A stretch of 64,000 bases of DNA, from NCBI RefSeq assembly GCF_006345805.1, contig NC_043006.1, positions 49,228,001 through 49,292,000 of the forward strand, written 5' to 3'. Source of the DNA: Octopus sinensis. Lineage: Eukaryota. Of the stretch, positions 39,388-52,180 are shown in pieces. A program made the position numbers and the translations under genes. The notes beneath the pieces are model-generated. The model searched no databases and was not told the DNA's origin. It saw only the letters and a list, made by a program, of their open reading frames with translations. Numbering within the stretch: position 1 is the stretch's first letter; every line of letters starts with the position of its first letter.

Positions 39388-39802
39388 GGATTTTTTTCGG
39401 TTTGAACGGCAGTTTTTTCTAGCGGTATCATATGAAATTTTCACCCATAATTATGACTCTAGTATCGATCTATTGCATTTCAATCTGTTTTAGGGTTAGA
39501 GTTAGGGTTAGGGGTGAGGGGAAGGGTATCTTTTTTTCTTCACAAATGTAAATAAACCCAATCTGTTTCTTAAACGAGGGACATATTCATACGGCACAGA
39601 ATGTTTTTTTTACCTCAATAGACGTCAGTGATTGGTTGAAATTGCATAAATTGAAGAAAAAAACTTACAAACTATAGAATTTTCTCAATAAAGCCAAGAG
39701 AAAAAGATGTTTTATAAACACATTCTACCAGTATACGAAGTTTAAAATTTTTTAGTTACCTAGAAATTATGTTAAAAACTGCCGTTCAAACCGAAAAGAT
39801 CC
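39388..39802. mobile_element. Merlin-like MITE (GG termini, 8-bp TSD)
   Basis: TIR GGAT(C)TTTTCGGTTTGAACGGCAGTTTT; perfect TSD CTCGGATG at 39380 and 39803; TTAGGG repeats inside. Confidence 0.8.
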
Positions 39803-40291
39803 CTCGGATGTTCTAGTGGCAATTTTAGGCCAATACACCTACCACAATCTAACGTCAGACATGCTTTGTTAAATATACCATTCAGTTATAGGCACAAGGC
39901 CTGAAATTTGGTGGGCGGGGGCGAGTCGATGACATCGACTTCAGTGCTCATCTGGTACTTATTTTTATCGATGCTGAAAGGCTGAAAGTCGACCTCGGCG
40001 GAATTTAAACTCAGAGCGTAAAACCAGAAGAAATGGCGTTAAGCATTTTGCTCGGCGCGGTTACGATTCTACCAGCTCGCCTTCTTATATAGGTGGCTAA
40101 TATTGATTTTAAATTTCGGCACAAGGCTTGCAATTTCAGGTGATGGGGTAAGTCGCTGACATCGATCTCAGTGCTTAATTGGTATTTGAACCCAGAACGT
40201 AATGACGGGCGAAATAATGCTAAGCATTTTGCCCAGCGGGCTAACGATTGTCAGCTCGCTGCCTTATTTATTAATTTATTATATTGCGAAA

Positions 40292-40705
40292 GGATCTTTT
40301 CGGTTTGAACGGCAGTTTTTAACATAATTTCTAGGTAACTAAAAAATTTTTAACTTCGTGTACTGGTAGAATGTGTTTATAAAACATCTTTTTCTCTTGG
40401 CTTTATTGGGAAAATTCTATAGTTTGTAAGATATTTGTTGTTTTTTCTTCAATTTCTGCATTTTCAACCAATCAATGACGTCCATTGAGGTAAAAAACAT
40501 TCTGTGCCGTATGACTGTGTCCCTCGTTTAAGAAACAGATTGGGTTTATTTACTTTTGTGAAGAAAAAAAGATACCCTTTCCCCATCCCTAACCCTAACC
40601 CTAAAACAGATTGAAATGCAATAGATCGATACTAGGGTCATAATTATGGGTGACAATTTCATATGACACCGCTAGAAAAAACTGCCGTTCAAACCGAAAA
40701 GATCC
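40292..40705. mobile_element. Merlin-like MITE, opposite orientation to 39388-39802
   Basis: same TIR; TSD TTGCGAAA / TTGCCAAA (7 of 8). Confidence 0.8.
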
Positions 40706-41539
40706 TTGCCAAATAGTAATGTTGTTCATCAGATATGGGTTTTAGGACTTAAAGCTTAGTGTTCGAATCTCATGGAAAGCTAACTGCAACAAACTGTACA
40801 CTTGTAGCTCAGTGACAACAAATCCACCTGTGTTCATCTGTATATAACTGCATCAGTCTCCCTTCACTCAGAAGACGAAACAGTTAGAAATTACAATGCA
40901 CGTAAGGTCCAATAGTACAGAGATTTGTTACGTCTGGTAAATTCATTTGACCACTTAGCCTATGTCGTATATATGTACTCTAGTAGATCTTAAATATCGG
41001 GTGGTATTTTCAGTTAATGAAGCATGGAAATATGGTTGAATTAATACGTTTATGACTTAACGCAGAGCTGACAAAACCGTTGTTTGTGCTATGGTTGCTT
41101 CTATATTGGGTCTGTTATGATAGGACTAAAAACAGTTCGAAACACTTCAAAGGAGTGAGATGATACACTGTTACAGCTACTCTCCCGCCACACACATACA
41201 TACACAGGCGCGCTAAAATTCTATTACAGGGGTTAATAAATATGTTAAAAGAGGTGCGGCAGAAATAGTAAAATGCGGGAAGAAATATCAATTTATAGTG
41301 TTTAGTCTCGTCTGTCTATCTGCACTTCAAGTTCAAATGGTACTGGTGTCAACTATGCCTTTCATCTCTCCGACGAAAAATAAGTACTGAAATAACTATA
41401 TGGGGTTCAGTCAATTTAATCGACTACATTCCTCCCATACAAATATGTGACTGGGTACCAAGAGTAAATATAAAATTTTTCACTACAGTTTTCACTTCTT
41501 CGTCACTGGAATAATGTTTGTTTCTCAAACCCTCTTTTA

Positions 41540-41820
41540 TGGGGCCGAAGAGATGATAGTTCAGTGATGAGGAAGTGAAAACTGTAGTGAAGAAGTGGTT
41601 CAGAGAACAGTCAACAGAATTTTACGGGACAGGGATACATTCTCTGATTCGAAGGTGGAACATTGCTATTGAGAGAAACGGTGATTATGTTGAGAAGTTG
41701 GGATGTGATCCACAGAGGACCAGCTTCATTTTGCTGTAAGAGACATGTTCCTATGTTGGTAATTATACCTGTCCCAAACAAAATGGCATTACTTTTAAAG
41801 TATAAAGTCATTGACTCGTA
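41540..41820 (+). mobile_element. Mariner transposase C-terminal remnant with right end
   Basis: FSDEEVKTVVKKWFREQSTEFYGTGIHSLIRRWNIAIERNGDYVEK; end ATTACTTT...GACTCG|TA. Confidence 0.8.
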
Positions 41821-41953
41821 TAAAGTCGTTGACTTGAATTTGATGTTTGTTCTATGATCAATGTTATATATATATATGGCCATGTTGATTCGTTAGCTAC
41901 TGCACGCATTTTTTTTTCTCTCCTTCTTTCTGTGTTTTTTTTCTCTCTGTGTA

Positions 41954-41991
41954 TCTTTCTGTTGAAGAGCGTAGGCTCGAAACGTTAAAGA
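41954..41991 (+). ncRNA. Minimal hammerhead-like fold in a Penelope-like terminal repeat (41878-42090)
   Basis: TCTTT-CTGTTGA-A-GAGC-GTAG-GCTC-GAAA-CGTT-AAAGA; stems I and II pair perfectly; A6 replaced by U. Confidence 0.5.
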
Positions 41992-42111
41992 CTTGTTTTA
42001 TTTATATTTCCTGAGCGCCATACTAATACAATTGTTCGTTTGTTTTCCACCTGCCTTCGTCTTTTGTTTATTTTCATAAAGCTTCCCGTTATATATATAT
42101 ATATATATATA

Positions 42112-42505
42112 TGCGTCCCTCACTGGGTCCCTGGGAAGATCTTGAAACACCTCCTTGACCTTGGCCACCAGCTCAGCCTTGATATTTCAGGTGAAGCGGT
42201 TGGTGTCTTTCTCAACTGTGCCCCGTACATAGTAGGCCATGGGATTATAATCGGGGAAATTAAGAGGCCAGAAATTGGGGCTGGTGAAGTCGTAGAAACT
42301 TTACGAAAACTACTTCTGATCTTCCGTGGATATGGCAAGGAGCCGAATCCTGCTGTCACCACGTATGGCCATCCAACAGCAACTCTCTCCAGCCAGGGTT
42401 TGACCACAGTCTCCAGCAGCTTCACATAGCCGTCTAAACTGAGCCTATGGCCCTGTTCAAAGAGGTGGAGATGAATTCCGACGTGCAGACGCAGTCAGAA
42501 CATTA
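42112..42505 (-). repeat. Near-identical upstream duplicate of 42732-43125 (maT fragment)
   Basis: 620-bp offset, about 4 substitutions, (TA)n at both ends. Confidence 0.9.
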
Positions 42506-42539
42506 TATATATATTATATATATATATATATGTATATAT

Positions 42540-43121
42540 ACTAGACACGTGTTAGGGCTAAATTTGACAGGTTGCATAAAAGGAAAAGAATACAATATCT
42601 CATCCAAAAATATAAGTATTTTAAAATATGAAAAAATATCAAGAAAATTATGGCTGGGAGATAACTGTTTACTCAAAGCAGCTATCCTCAGTTTCCACCA
42701 CAGCCTCAAGACGGGGCTGAAACCTGGCGCATGCGTCCCTCACTGGGTCCCTGGGAAGATCTTGAAACACCTCCTTGGCCTTGGCCACCAGCTCAGCCTT
42801 GATATTTCAGGTGAAGCGGTTGGTGTCTTTCTCAACCGTGCCCCGCACATAGTAGGCCATGGGATTATAATCGGGGAAATTAAGAGGCCAGAAATTGGGG
42901 CTGGTGAAGTCGTAGAAACTTTACGAAACCTACTTCTGATCTTCCGTGGATATGGCAAGGAGCCGAATCCTGCTGTCACCACGTATGGCCATCCAACAGC
43001 AACTCTCTCCAGCCAGGGTTTGACCACAGTCTCCAGCAGCTTCACATAGCCGTCTAAACTGAGCCTATGGCCCTGTTCAAAGAGGTGGAGATGAATTCCG
43101 ACGTGCAGACGCAGTCAGAAC

Positions 43122-43125
<4 letters not shown>
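42540..43125 (-). mobile_element. maT/DD37D-type transposase C-terminal half, decayed
   Basis: YVKLLETVVKPWLERVA..PYV.QQDSAPCH...DFTSPNFWP.N.PD.NPM.YYV.G...DACARFQPRLEAVVE..., stop at 42669; 37 spacing only after restoring frameshifts. Confidence 0.75.
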
Positions 43126-43155
<30 letters not shown>

Positions 43156-43910
43156 ACCATGGAGCAAGGCAATTGGTTGGTTTAGTGCTATAGCAGAGGA
43201 CACTTTGCTTAAGGTTCAGTTCCACGTGCGGTGCCTGATCCTATCCTTCAAGAAATCGAAGACGGTCTAGATTAGGACATTACTATTCATGTGAACCTAG
43301 ATCATGGAATCGATTGCGTTTACATTTATTTTTGCTAAAGGTCAGATTTTTACGTTTAGCAGTTCTCAAGAAATTCCACTAGAAACTAGAGAGAACAAGA
43401 AAACAGGCCGAATATGAACTTCTACCTGTATCAAGTTTCGTTGATAAATTCATTTACGACTGCCTGTAACGTTGAGATATTAAGTATAATGACTATAAGA
43501 ACTTGATAATACCTTCCAGCTGTTTAGAAAGTCGCGTTTAATTTTTTCTACGTGAATTATACAAGTGCCAACAATTCTAGGGGAAGGAGTTAATCAATTA
43601 AATCGACCACCAATGCTCAACTTGTACTTATTTTATCGACCCCAAAAGGATGAAAGGTAAGGACGACTTCGACGGCATTTCAAGTCAGACTATAAGAAAC
43701 CAGATGAAATGCCGCAAAATAGTTTGTCCGACGTGGTAACGGTTTAGCCTGCTCGTTGCCTTAATAGCTTTAAATTTAGGAACCAGACCTAGAATTTTAG
43801 GGGATGTGGTAAATCGATTACATCGATTTAAGTGCTCATATGATACTTATTTTATCGATCCCTAAAAGATGAAAGGCACAGTCGACTGCAGAAGAATTTG
43901 AACTCTTAAC

Positions 43911-44040
43911 CAGCGCTGGACTAACCATTAAGCAAAATAAGCACGTGCTTAGGGCATCAAGGAAAATGGGGACTCCACAGAAATGGTAAATGGTTTACGG
44001 CAAAAAAGAAATCAATTTAAACTTGCTAAAATAATATTTG
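43911..44040 (+). mobile_element. hAT-like MITE end (family G)
   Basis: as 38572. Confidence 0.6.
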
Positions 44041-44689
44041 AAGTGGTTTATATGACCGGAAACATAATTTTGAAGTGCTCACGGTGTTGTAGCAAGACTG
44101 TTATCATAAAATGTTACATAATTTATGGTTGAATAGTCGGAAATCGGCTCTTCCTACATGTTCCTAACGATTGGTCACTTAAAGCAGTCATGTGATGGTG
44201 TTATATTTGACCCAGTCTGTTTCTTGGATTGATCTAGTTTTATGCAGGATACAGTTTTATATCCAATCGCGTTGTGCAATAGACCAACCAGCACGGCAAA
44301 ATTAAGTGCCTTCTGTGAGCCTCAGTTTATCTTTGAATAAGAGAATTTTTCCTGTTTTCGCCAGTGATGTGCGAATTTTCTGAGAGACTGCCAGGAAGCT
44401 ATGTGCCGTTCTTTTATTCCTGTTTGCCAAGCACTTATAACCAAGTTTCGACTGAGTTGAGCAATACATCATGTGCTACAGACTACAGACTCTTATCTTC
44501 GAGAAGTATTACATTGGTTTGCTATACAATTCATTTAGCGGATGAACAAAGTGCTGTAGTTTCGTTGAAAACCCCATTTTCTTGTACTTCTTTCCACAGT
44601 TTTATACACAACTCATAGAACCAAGAACTTGTAAATAATACGAGGGCCAGAGACACACATCATACCAGCTAAAGTGTCATGGTGAGGAT

Positions 44690-44800
44690 CAGCGCTGGAT
44701 TAACCATTAAGCAAAATAAACACGTGCTTAGGGCATCAAGGAAAGTTGGGGGGGGGGCACCACAAAAATGGTAAGTGGTTTACGGCACAAAAGAAATTAC
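44690..44800 (+). mobile_element. hAT-like MITE end (family G)
   Basis: as 38572. Confidence 0.6.
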
Positions 44801-45367
44801 TTTAAACTTTCTTTCACCTTCAGGGTGGTGGGGCAATACCGCTCACTTTGGGAATCACTGGTTTATAGTGATCAGATGTTCGTGCTGTACATTAGCCCAC
44901 TCTCTCCATCAAATCGGCGGTTGTCTGAACAGGTACACGTTGTACCTGGCGTCAGGTGTCGAAGTAAGCGTAGAGCTACGTGAGTTAAAATGTTTTGCTT
45001 AAGAACACTACGCACCACCCGGTCTGTGAATTGAAATCACGATCGCTAAATCGTGAGTGCAACACCCTTACCACTAAGTCATGCGCCCTCATAAGACCTG
45101 AAAATTTAATAGATGGGACGGCCTTGGGTAGAATTCTATTGATCATACAATAGGTCTGCTAGAATCAAAGCCGATCTGGGTTTAAACAACCATAATAGTT
45201 GGCGACGTATTCATCTACAAGTCAACGAGTCCTTAATTGCAGTCACTCGATATGTTAAAAATAACAGTCAAATCATTAATGGAATGTCTTTGATCGTGGA
45301 GGTCTTCTGTTCAAGGGCTAAGCAGCAAAGCCAAAAGAAGCAGCATCAACAACAGCAACAACAGCAG

Positions 45368-45836
45368 GGGAGGCGCAATGGCCCAGTGGTTAGAGCAGCG
45401 GACTCGCGGTCATAAGAACGCGGTTTCGATTCCCAGACCGGGCATTGTGAGTGTTTATTGAGCAAAAGCACCTAAGCTCTACAAGGCTTCGGCGGGGAGG
45501 GGTGGTGAACCCCGCTGTACTCTTTCACCACATTTCTCTCACTCTTTCTTCCTACTTCTGCCACAAAGCAGAAGAACAATGGTGTGGTAAACTTTCAGAC
45601 CCTTGTCTAGATTGCAAATCCTCTGTACCCCAGGATGGTACAGCTCTCCACCCGTTAAAAAGCCACCGTTTACACAACGAGAATAACGTAGCTTTCGCGC
45701 CCGTGCAACCGCCAGTCTATCGCGTGTGGTGGGTGGATCTTCAAGTTGCTACACGCATACTTAGTAGCTTAGAGCAGGCTCGAATTAGAGATTGTTCTTT
45801 GCGGCTAATGGCGTGAGTCCTGATTGGAAGAAGAAG
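45368..45836 (+). mobile_element. SINE with A head/body and third tail, full length
   Basis: tRNA head; matches 26549-26995; CAA/CAG-rich flanks. Confidence 0.85.
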
Positions 45837-45892
45837 ACGACAACAACAGCAACAACAGTAATGACAACAATAGCTAGTACAACAATAGTAAC

Positions 45893-46100
45893 AGCAAGCT
45901 GGCAGAAACGTTAGCACGCCGAACGAAATGCTTAGTAGTATTTTGCCTGTCTTTATGTTCTGAGTTCAAATTCCACCGAGGTCGACTTTGCCTTTCATCC
46001 TTTCGGGGTCGTTAAATTAAGTACCAGTTGCGTACTGGGATCGATCTAATCGATTAGCCCCCTCCCCAAAATTTCGGACCTTGCACCTAGAGTAGAAAAG
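45893..46100 (+). mobile_element. SINE family C monomer, tail type 2
   Basis: ends CCTTGCACCTAGAGTAGAAAAG. Confidence 0.85.
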
Positions 46101-46398
46101 AATAGTAACGACAACAATAGCAGCAGCAACAATGGTAGCAAAAACAACAACAGACGAGTTGTTCTCAGATGAAAATATACCGTATTTTAACGTGTATAAG
46201 GAACCTTTTATTTGTCAAAAATCAGGTTTAAAAAATGGGAGTTTCTTTACATGGATAGTATCATAATCCCTTACAAAACCATTTTCCCAAATTTTAAGCC
46301 CTTATACACTTTAAAATATGGTATTTCTCGCAGATTTTGCTTGTTAACTACTGAGATGTTTCTTGTTTAGCCCTATGTTTTATTTTCCAGCCAATCTT

Positions 46399-46631
46399 GG
46401 AATGGATGGATGGAAGCACTCCGTCGGTTTCGACGACGAGGGTTCCGGTTGATCCGATCAACGGAACAGCCTGCTCGTGAAATTAACGTGTAAGTGGCTG
46501 AGCACTCCACAGACACGTGTACCCTTAACGTAGTTCTCGGGGATATTCAGCGAGACACAGAGAGTGACAAGGCCGGCCCTTTGAAATACAGGTACAACAG
46601 AAACAGGAAGTAAGAGTGAGAGAAAGTTGGA
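46399..46631 (-). mobile_element. SINE family A, 5'-truncated
   Basis: 3' 230 bp match 26042 onward. Confidence 0.85.
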
Positions 46632-46982
46632 TGACTGCTGTACAAACACACACATGCACGCACGCACGTAGACACAGAGTTAGAGTTTGTCTCTAAATTG
46701 ATACTGTTGTTTAACCCCGCGTCAGTCTTGATTCAACTGACCTATGACCATCCCGTTTCTTTCTTTCTTCTTTAATTTTTCAAGCAACGTACCCCAATAG
46801 CTAAATAGTTAAAGTGTATGTCGTTCGGGATATCCCTTGAGTTTGTCCCTCTTATGCAGTAGACCCCAAAGTGCTGTCCCCATAAAAGCATCGCCCAGGG
46901 CGGACCGCCTCTTCGCTCCCTCTTTGCTACGCTACTGAACGTGCCTTTGACAAGGTACGTTATTCAATATTGTGTCCTTTAT

Positions 46983-47757
46983 AAAGCGGCGAGCTGGCAG
47001 AAACGTTCTGAGTTTAAATTCCACTGAGGTCGACTTTACCTTTCATCCTTTCCGGGTCGATAAATTAAATACCAGTTGCGTACTGGGGTCGATCTAATCG
47101 ACTGGCCCTCTCCTCCAAAATTTCGGGCCTTGTGCCTAGAGTAGAAAATAACAAGGCGGTGAGCTGGCAAAATCGTTAGCACGCTGGACGAAATGCTCAG
47201 CGGTATTTCGTCTGCCGCTACGTTCTGAGTTCAAATTCCGCCGAGGTCGACTTTGCCTTTCATCCTTTCGGGGTCGATAAATTAAGTACCAGTTACGCAC
47301 TTAATCCGTTTGTCTGTCCTTGTTTGTCCCCTCTGTGTGTAGCCCCTTGTGGGTAGTAAAGAAATAGGTATTTCGTCTGTCTTCACGTCCTGAGTCCAAA
47401 TTCCGCCAAGGTCGACTTTGCCTTTCATCCTTTCGGGGTCGATTAAATAAGTACCAGTTGCGTACTCAGGTCGATCTAATTGACTGCCCCCCCTCCCAAA
47501 ACATTTTGTGCCTAGTATAGAAAAGAATACTGTGTCTTTTATAAGGCGGCGAGCTGGCAGAAACGTTAGCACACTGGGCGAGATGCTTGGCGGTGTTTCG
47601 TCTGCCGTTGCGTTCTGAGTTCGAGTTCCGCCGAGGTCGACTTTGCCTTTCATCCTTTCGGGGTCGATTAAATAAGTACCAGTTACGCACTGGAGTCGAT
47701 ATAATCGACTGGCCCCCTCACCCAAAATTTCGGGCTTTGTGCCTAGAGTAGAAAAGA
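46983..47757 (+). mobile_element. Cluster of three family C SINEs (monomer, dimer, monomer)
   Basis: heads at ~46983, ~47151, ~47543; one internal junction at ~47361. Confidence 0.85.
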
Positions 47758-48497
47758 ATGCTGTGTCCTTTATGTATTTTTAAATGGTAATGTGATATTA
47801 AAAACGCTTGGTTTAAAAATAGACGAGATGTTCACATTTGGAACGCAAGATGGTCGCGGCTAGAAGGTAGAAAAGACGCGGTTGGAATGCTTTTCAAAGA
47901 CAGGATGGTCATGAGTGGAACACTTTTAAGAAAAGATGCAAATTTTCATGCATCCGCGCATTTTTGTGGTTGCATGCATTTGTAAATGAATCGGACGTGT
48001 TATTTTGTATTTTGAAGTTTTGGGAGGTGTGTCCCGTACCCGATTACCTGTACAGGTGTGTCCCGTACCCGATTTGTTACCTCATAACTTTCAGAAAAAT
48101 GGATTTTTTAAAAATGAAGTTCTCTCCAGATACCTTTCAGATTATATAAATGTCGGTTATGTCGGAATCTAATGTTAAAAAGAGAAAGAGAGAAAACTGG
48201 TAGGCGTGCATACATACAAACTGACACACATAAGTTGTTTACAAAATTTCAAGTTTCATTTTGTGGATATACTCGCATATGTAGTTGTGTCACTATATAT
48301 ATGTGTGCACGTCCACCATTTATTTATTTTTATATATATATATATATTCACATTAAAGTTCGATATAATTGTAATCTACTCCATCTCAAAGATATTTATA
48401 GAAAATATCATTGAAAAAAAACATCCTTTTTTTCCTGATAGTTATGAAGAAACGAAGCTGACTCGGGCGAACTAACTAAAACTCCATCCTCACCACC

Positions 48498-48528
<31 letters not shown>

Positions 48529-49074
48529 CCACCACAACCACCATCAACAACAACACCAACACCACCATCACAACCGCCACCGCCGCCGCCGCCACCAAAA
48601 TATTTTTTTCACAACAAATCCCTATATTATCGTATTTGTAAAACATTTTATTTAAAAACTCTATTTTATTTTTGTAAGTTATGAGGAAACAAAGTCGTGT
48701 GGGGGCACACTCGTGTAGATATGCTTTTCTTTGTTTCTGGATGCCATTCTACTAGTTACTCAATTTTCCGAAGTTCTACGCTTAGCGTAATTTTACCTTT
48801 GGTAAAACACCCATGTCCCGTCTTGTTTATTGCATTCCAAAGTAATGTCGCGTCGTTGGGATCTAGGAATTGGAGACTGGTTAATCGTTTGGCAGTTCTC
48901 TTGTCCTTTCGTTGACCATCATTACATGTACATAAAACGAAGCATCACTGTCCCATTATCCAATTCTCACACGGTTTGGATTACATAAGCTCAGTCATAT
49001 GATTGCTTATCGCAGCAGAACGTGCAATGAATATTTATTTTGGGACGGACACACACACACACACTCGTGCACAA

Positions 49075-49385
49075 GCATACATGTACATACATACATGCTA
49101 GCATAACATACATACATACATACATGCATACATATATACACACAGACATATAAACATACATGTAAACATTCATACATACACGCGTATGTACGTAGATTCA
49201 TACACATGAGCATGCATATTTACGTAGGTTCATACACATAAACATACACACATGAACATACATACGTACATACACACATACATACATACATACACACATA
49301 CATACATACATACATACATACATACATACATACATACATACATACACATACATACATACATACATACATACATACACACATGCAT
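49075..49385. repeat. (CATA)n-rich microsatellite
   Basis: direct reading. Confidence 0.9.
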
Positions 49386-51071
49386 ACATATTTAATTCAC
49401 GCGACCTATAATAATATTCGTTCAGTGCCTCTGTTTACGCGCGTGTACAATTGTTATTTATATTAACCAATCTAATCGTGCTAACGCTCTAATTACTATG
49501 TAGTACTGCCGTATTTATGTTAATAAAGGTCAGAAATCATATTTGTAAAAAAAAAATTAAAATAAATAAAATAATAATAATAATAATAATAATAGTAATA
49601 GTAATAATAGTAATAGTAAAGCTGACAGATGTGCTATTTAAGCAAAATTTCCCATTAGTTTTCATTGCAATCCCCACCACTGACAAGCGAGGATTTAAAT
49701 AGTAGACAATGGTTGCTTCCCTTGATTAATGTAAATTATGGCTTCGTATACGGTCAGAGTTGCTGTGGAATCGGACTGTCCAGAAATTAGACGGTTATTC
49801 GCGGTAAATATTTCGAATAATTTCATATGAATCTCACATACTGATATGTTATAGTTGTATCTTTTCTCTGTATGGATTTTTTTTAAAGCTGACATCTAAG
49901 AATTTCTCATATCTTAGAGAATTCTTTCTGTGTATTCATGAACTAACCGTGTTGTGTACATTTTGCATAGTAACGTGGTGTGTTTTGTTGACTTGCCAGT
50001 CGCACTATCAACAAACATTCTCGTTGTTCAATGTATATATATATATATTATTGCATCACTTCTGGCGCTACTTATATGCATTAAATCACTTGGATTTTTC
50101 GTTAATTCGCAGAAAATCCTATCTGGATTTCTTTTGATGCCTGTAATTTTTAAAGTTCGTATTTTATTTAAACAAAGAATTACCTCTCAATTTATTTTTA
50201 CTTTGATTAATCATCGTCATCACAGGGTCTGTTTGCTTTAACATTTCGTTTTCTCAAAGCAGTTAGTTTCAACGAATTCTACAATTACGCATATCGGTTT
50301 CAATAGTTTAAAAGCAAAATAAATTATTTTGCTGTAAGAAAAAGGGAAAAATCTAAGCTTTGGGGCTTAGATTTTCGAAGAATGATGATTTAAGTCCTAG
50401 GCACTTATTCATTTAACGCAGTGACTCTCAACGGGTATCGAGGTGTGCCGTGTGTTTTCAAAAATATGATTTTATAAAGCATCTTCAAAAGCGTTTTATT
50501 CATAATTTTGTTATACACAAGTATTATTGATAAAGGAGAATAAGCAATAGATTTCTGGGATTTTTTTCGCCCAAAATTTTTGTAAAACGTAGTTTTGTCC
50601 AAATTTCCATGGAAATTGTGTTAGTAATGTTTTTATCTAAATATTGTATGTCCACTGTATGGCGAAATAAAAAAAAACAACAACAACATCCCGAATCACT
50701 GATTTACAGCGAAACAATGCAATACTGGATGTTTCCATTATTGAAAATACTAGTTTTCCTTATCTTGAAAACCATGCAGTTATTATTACATGATGCCCCG
50801 TTCTTCATCCGTGTAACTAATATACACACATAACACGACTGAGATTTCTCATTAACTCTTTTACTCTTTTACTTGTTTCAGCCATCCGGCTTGTGATTTT
50901 ATTTATTTTTTTTTATTAAAAAAAAGGATGATGTTCTGATTTTTAAAAAAGAGATAATGAAAAAAAAAACTGTTGATGAAGGTTAAAAAAAATCTATACT
51001 TAAAATTTTCGTGCGAAAATCATACCCCAGGTGTATGATTTTCTCACGAACTGTTTTTCTCCTTTCATTTT

Positions 51072-51147
<76 letters not shown>

Positions 51148-51152
<5 letters not shown>

Positions 51153-51248
51153 CGGGAAGCTTTATGAAAATAAACAAAAGACGAAGGCAGGTGGAAAACA
51201 AACGAACAATTGTATTAGTATGGCGCTCAGGAAATATAAATAAAACAA
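51148..51248 (-). mobile_element. Fragment of the Penelope-like repeat at 41993-42090
   Basis: reverse complement match; (TA)n on both sides. Confidence 0.75.
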
Positions 51249-51404
51249 ATATATATATATATAAATGTTCAAGTTACACATTGATCGCATTCATATTATA
51301 TCATCTGTTTTGTTTACTTCAGTCAGAGAACTAAGAGCGTCCTTAAAAGGCTAAAACCACACCCCCCGAATAGCAAAGCAAGAAACCAAATTGTCAATAT
51401 ACGT

Positions 51405-51606
51405 GCCTGAGCGTCACGTACACAATGAAAAATCTAGTCTTGTGTGACTGCCTTGTCATACAACGAACAATATTTGTGACTGACTCTTCTTCATTCCCTG
51501 TAACTACATTTTAACTGGACCTAAACAACATAATAGAACTGTAATCAATTTGAAGTTCATCTCCTTTCCTATTATTTCGAATCAGATTCAAAATACAAGC
51601 GTAAGT
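51405..51606 (+). promoter_or_regulatory. Candidate promoter and non-coding first exon ending at donor AGC|GTAAGT
   Basis: non-repeat DNA, GCGTCACGTA (CRE/E-box-like) at 51411, GTAAGT at 51601, and onset of CpG decay downstream; inferred only. Confidence 0.35.
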
Positions 51607-52180
51607 GCTAGAAGCAAAAAAAAAAAAAAATTCGTTTTGCTTCCCTTGGTTCAAACTCTGTGCTAAGTTAATAAACTGGGAATGGTGACAGTTATGCACT
51701 TTTGGGTTTCTCTTATGGGCGAAACACTCAGGATGTTGACATCCTGAGTGCAGGATGTCAATATCCTGAGTGCTTTGCACAGTGAACCAGATGGTACACA
51801 TCAAAGCTGTCATTACAAGTTGTATTGAACCATAAAAAATCTGGTTTACTATTTATTTTCAATTATTTCATGCTTCAAGTTTATTTGCAAAGAAGTAATT
51901 GTGAGCACTCAACAACAGCTGTATTAGTAGCAGTAGATTTTTTTTTTTACTTCAGTCATTGGATTGTGGCCATGTGGGAGCACTGCCATGAAGGATTTAG
52001 TTGAGCAAACAGACCCCACTAATTACATTCAAGCCTCATACTTATCCTATCAGTCTCTTTTGCTGAATGTCTTACTTACAGGGATATAAACAAACCAACA
52101 CCAGTTCTCAAATGGTAGTGGCAAACAAACACAAAGACACACACACACACACACACACACACCACACACACACACATATA

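Noticed and set aside
44364-44618. 84-aa ORF in non-repeat-looking DNA
   Set aside because: No recognisable domain and no matching donor; the minus strand gave only vague transposase-like fragments.
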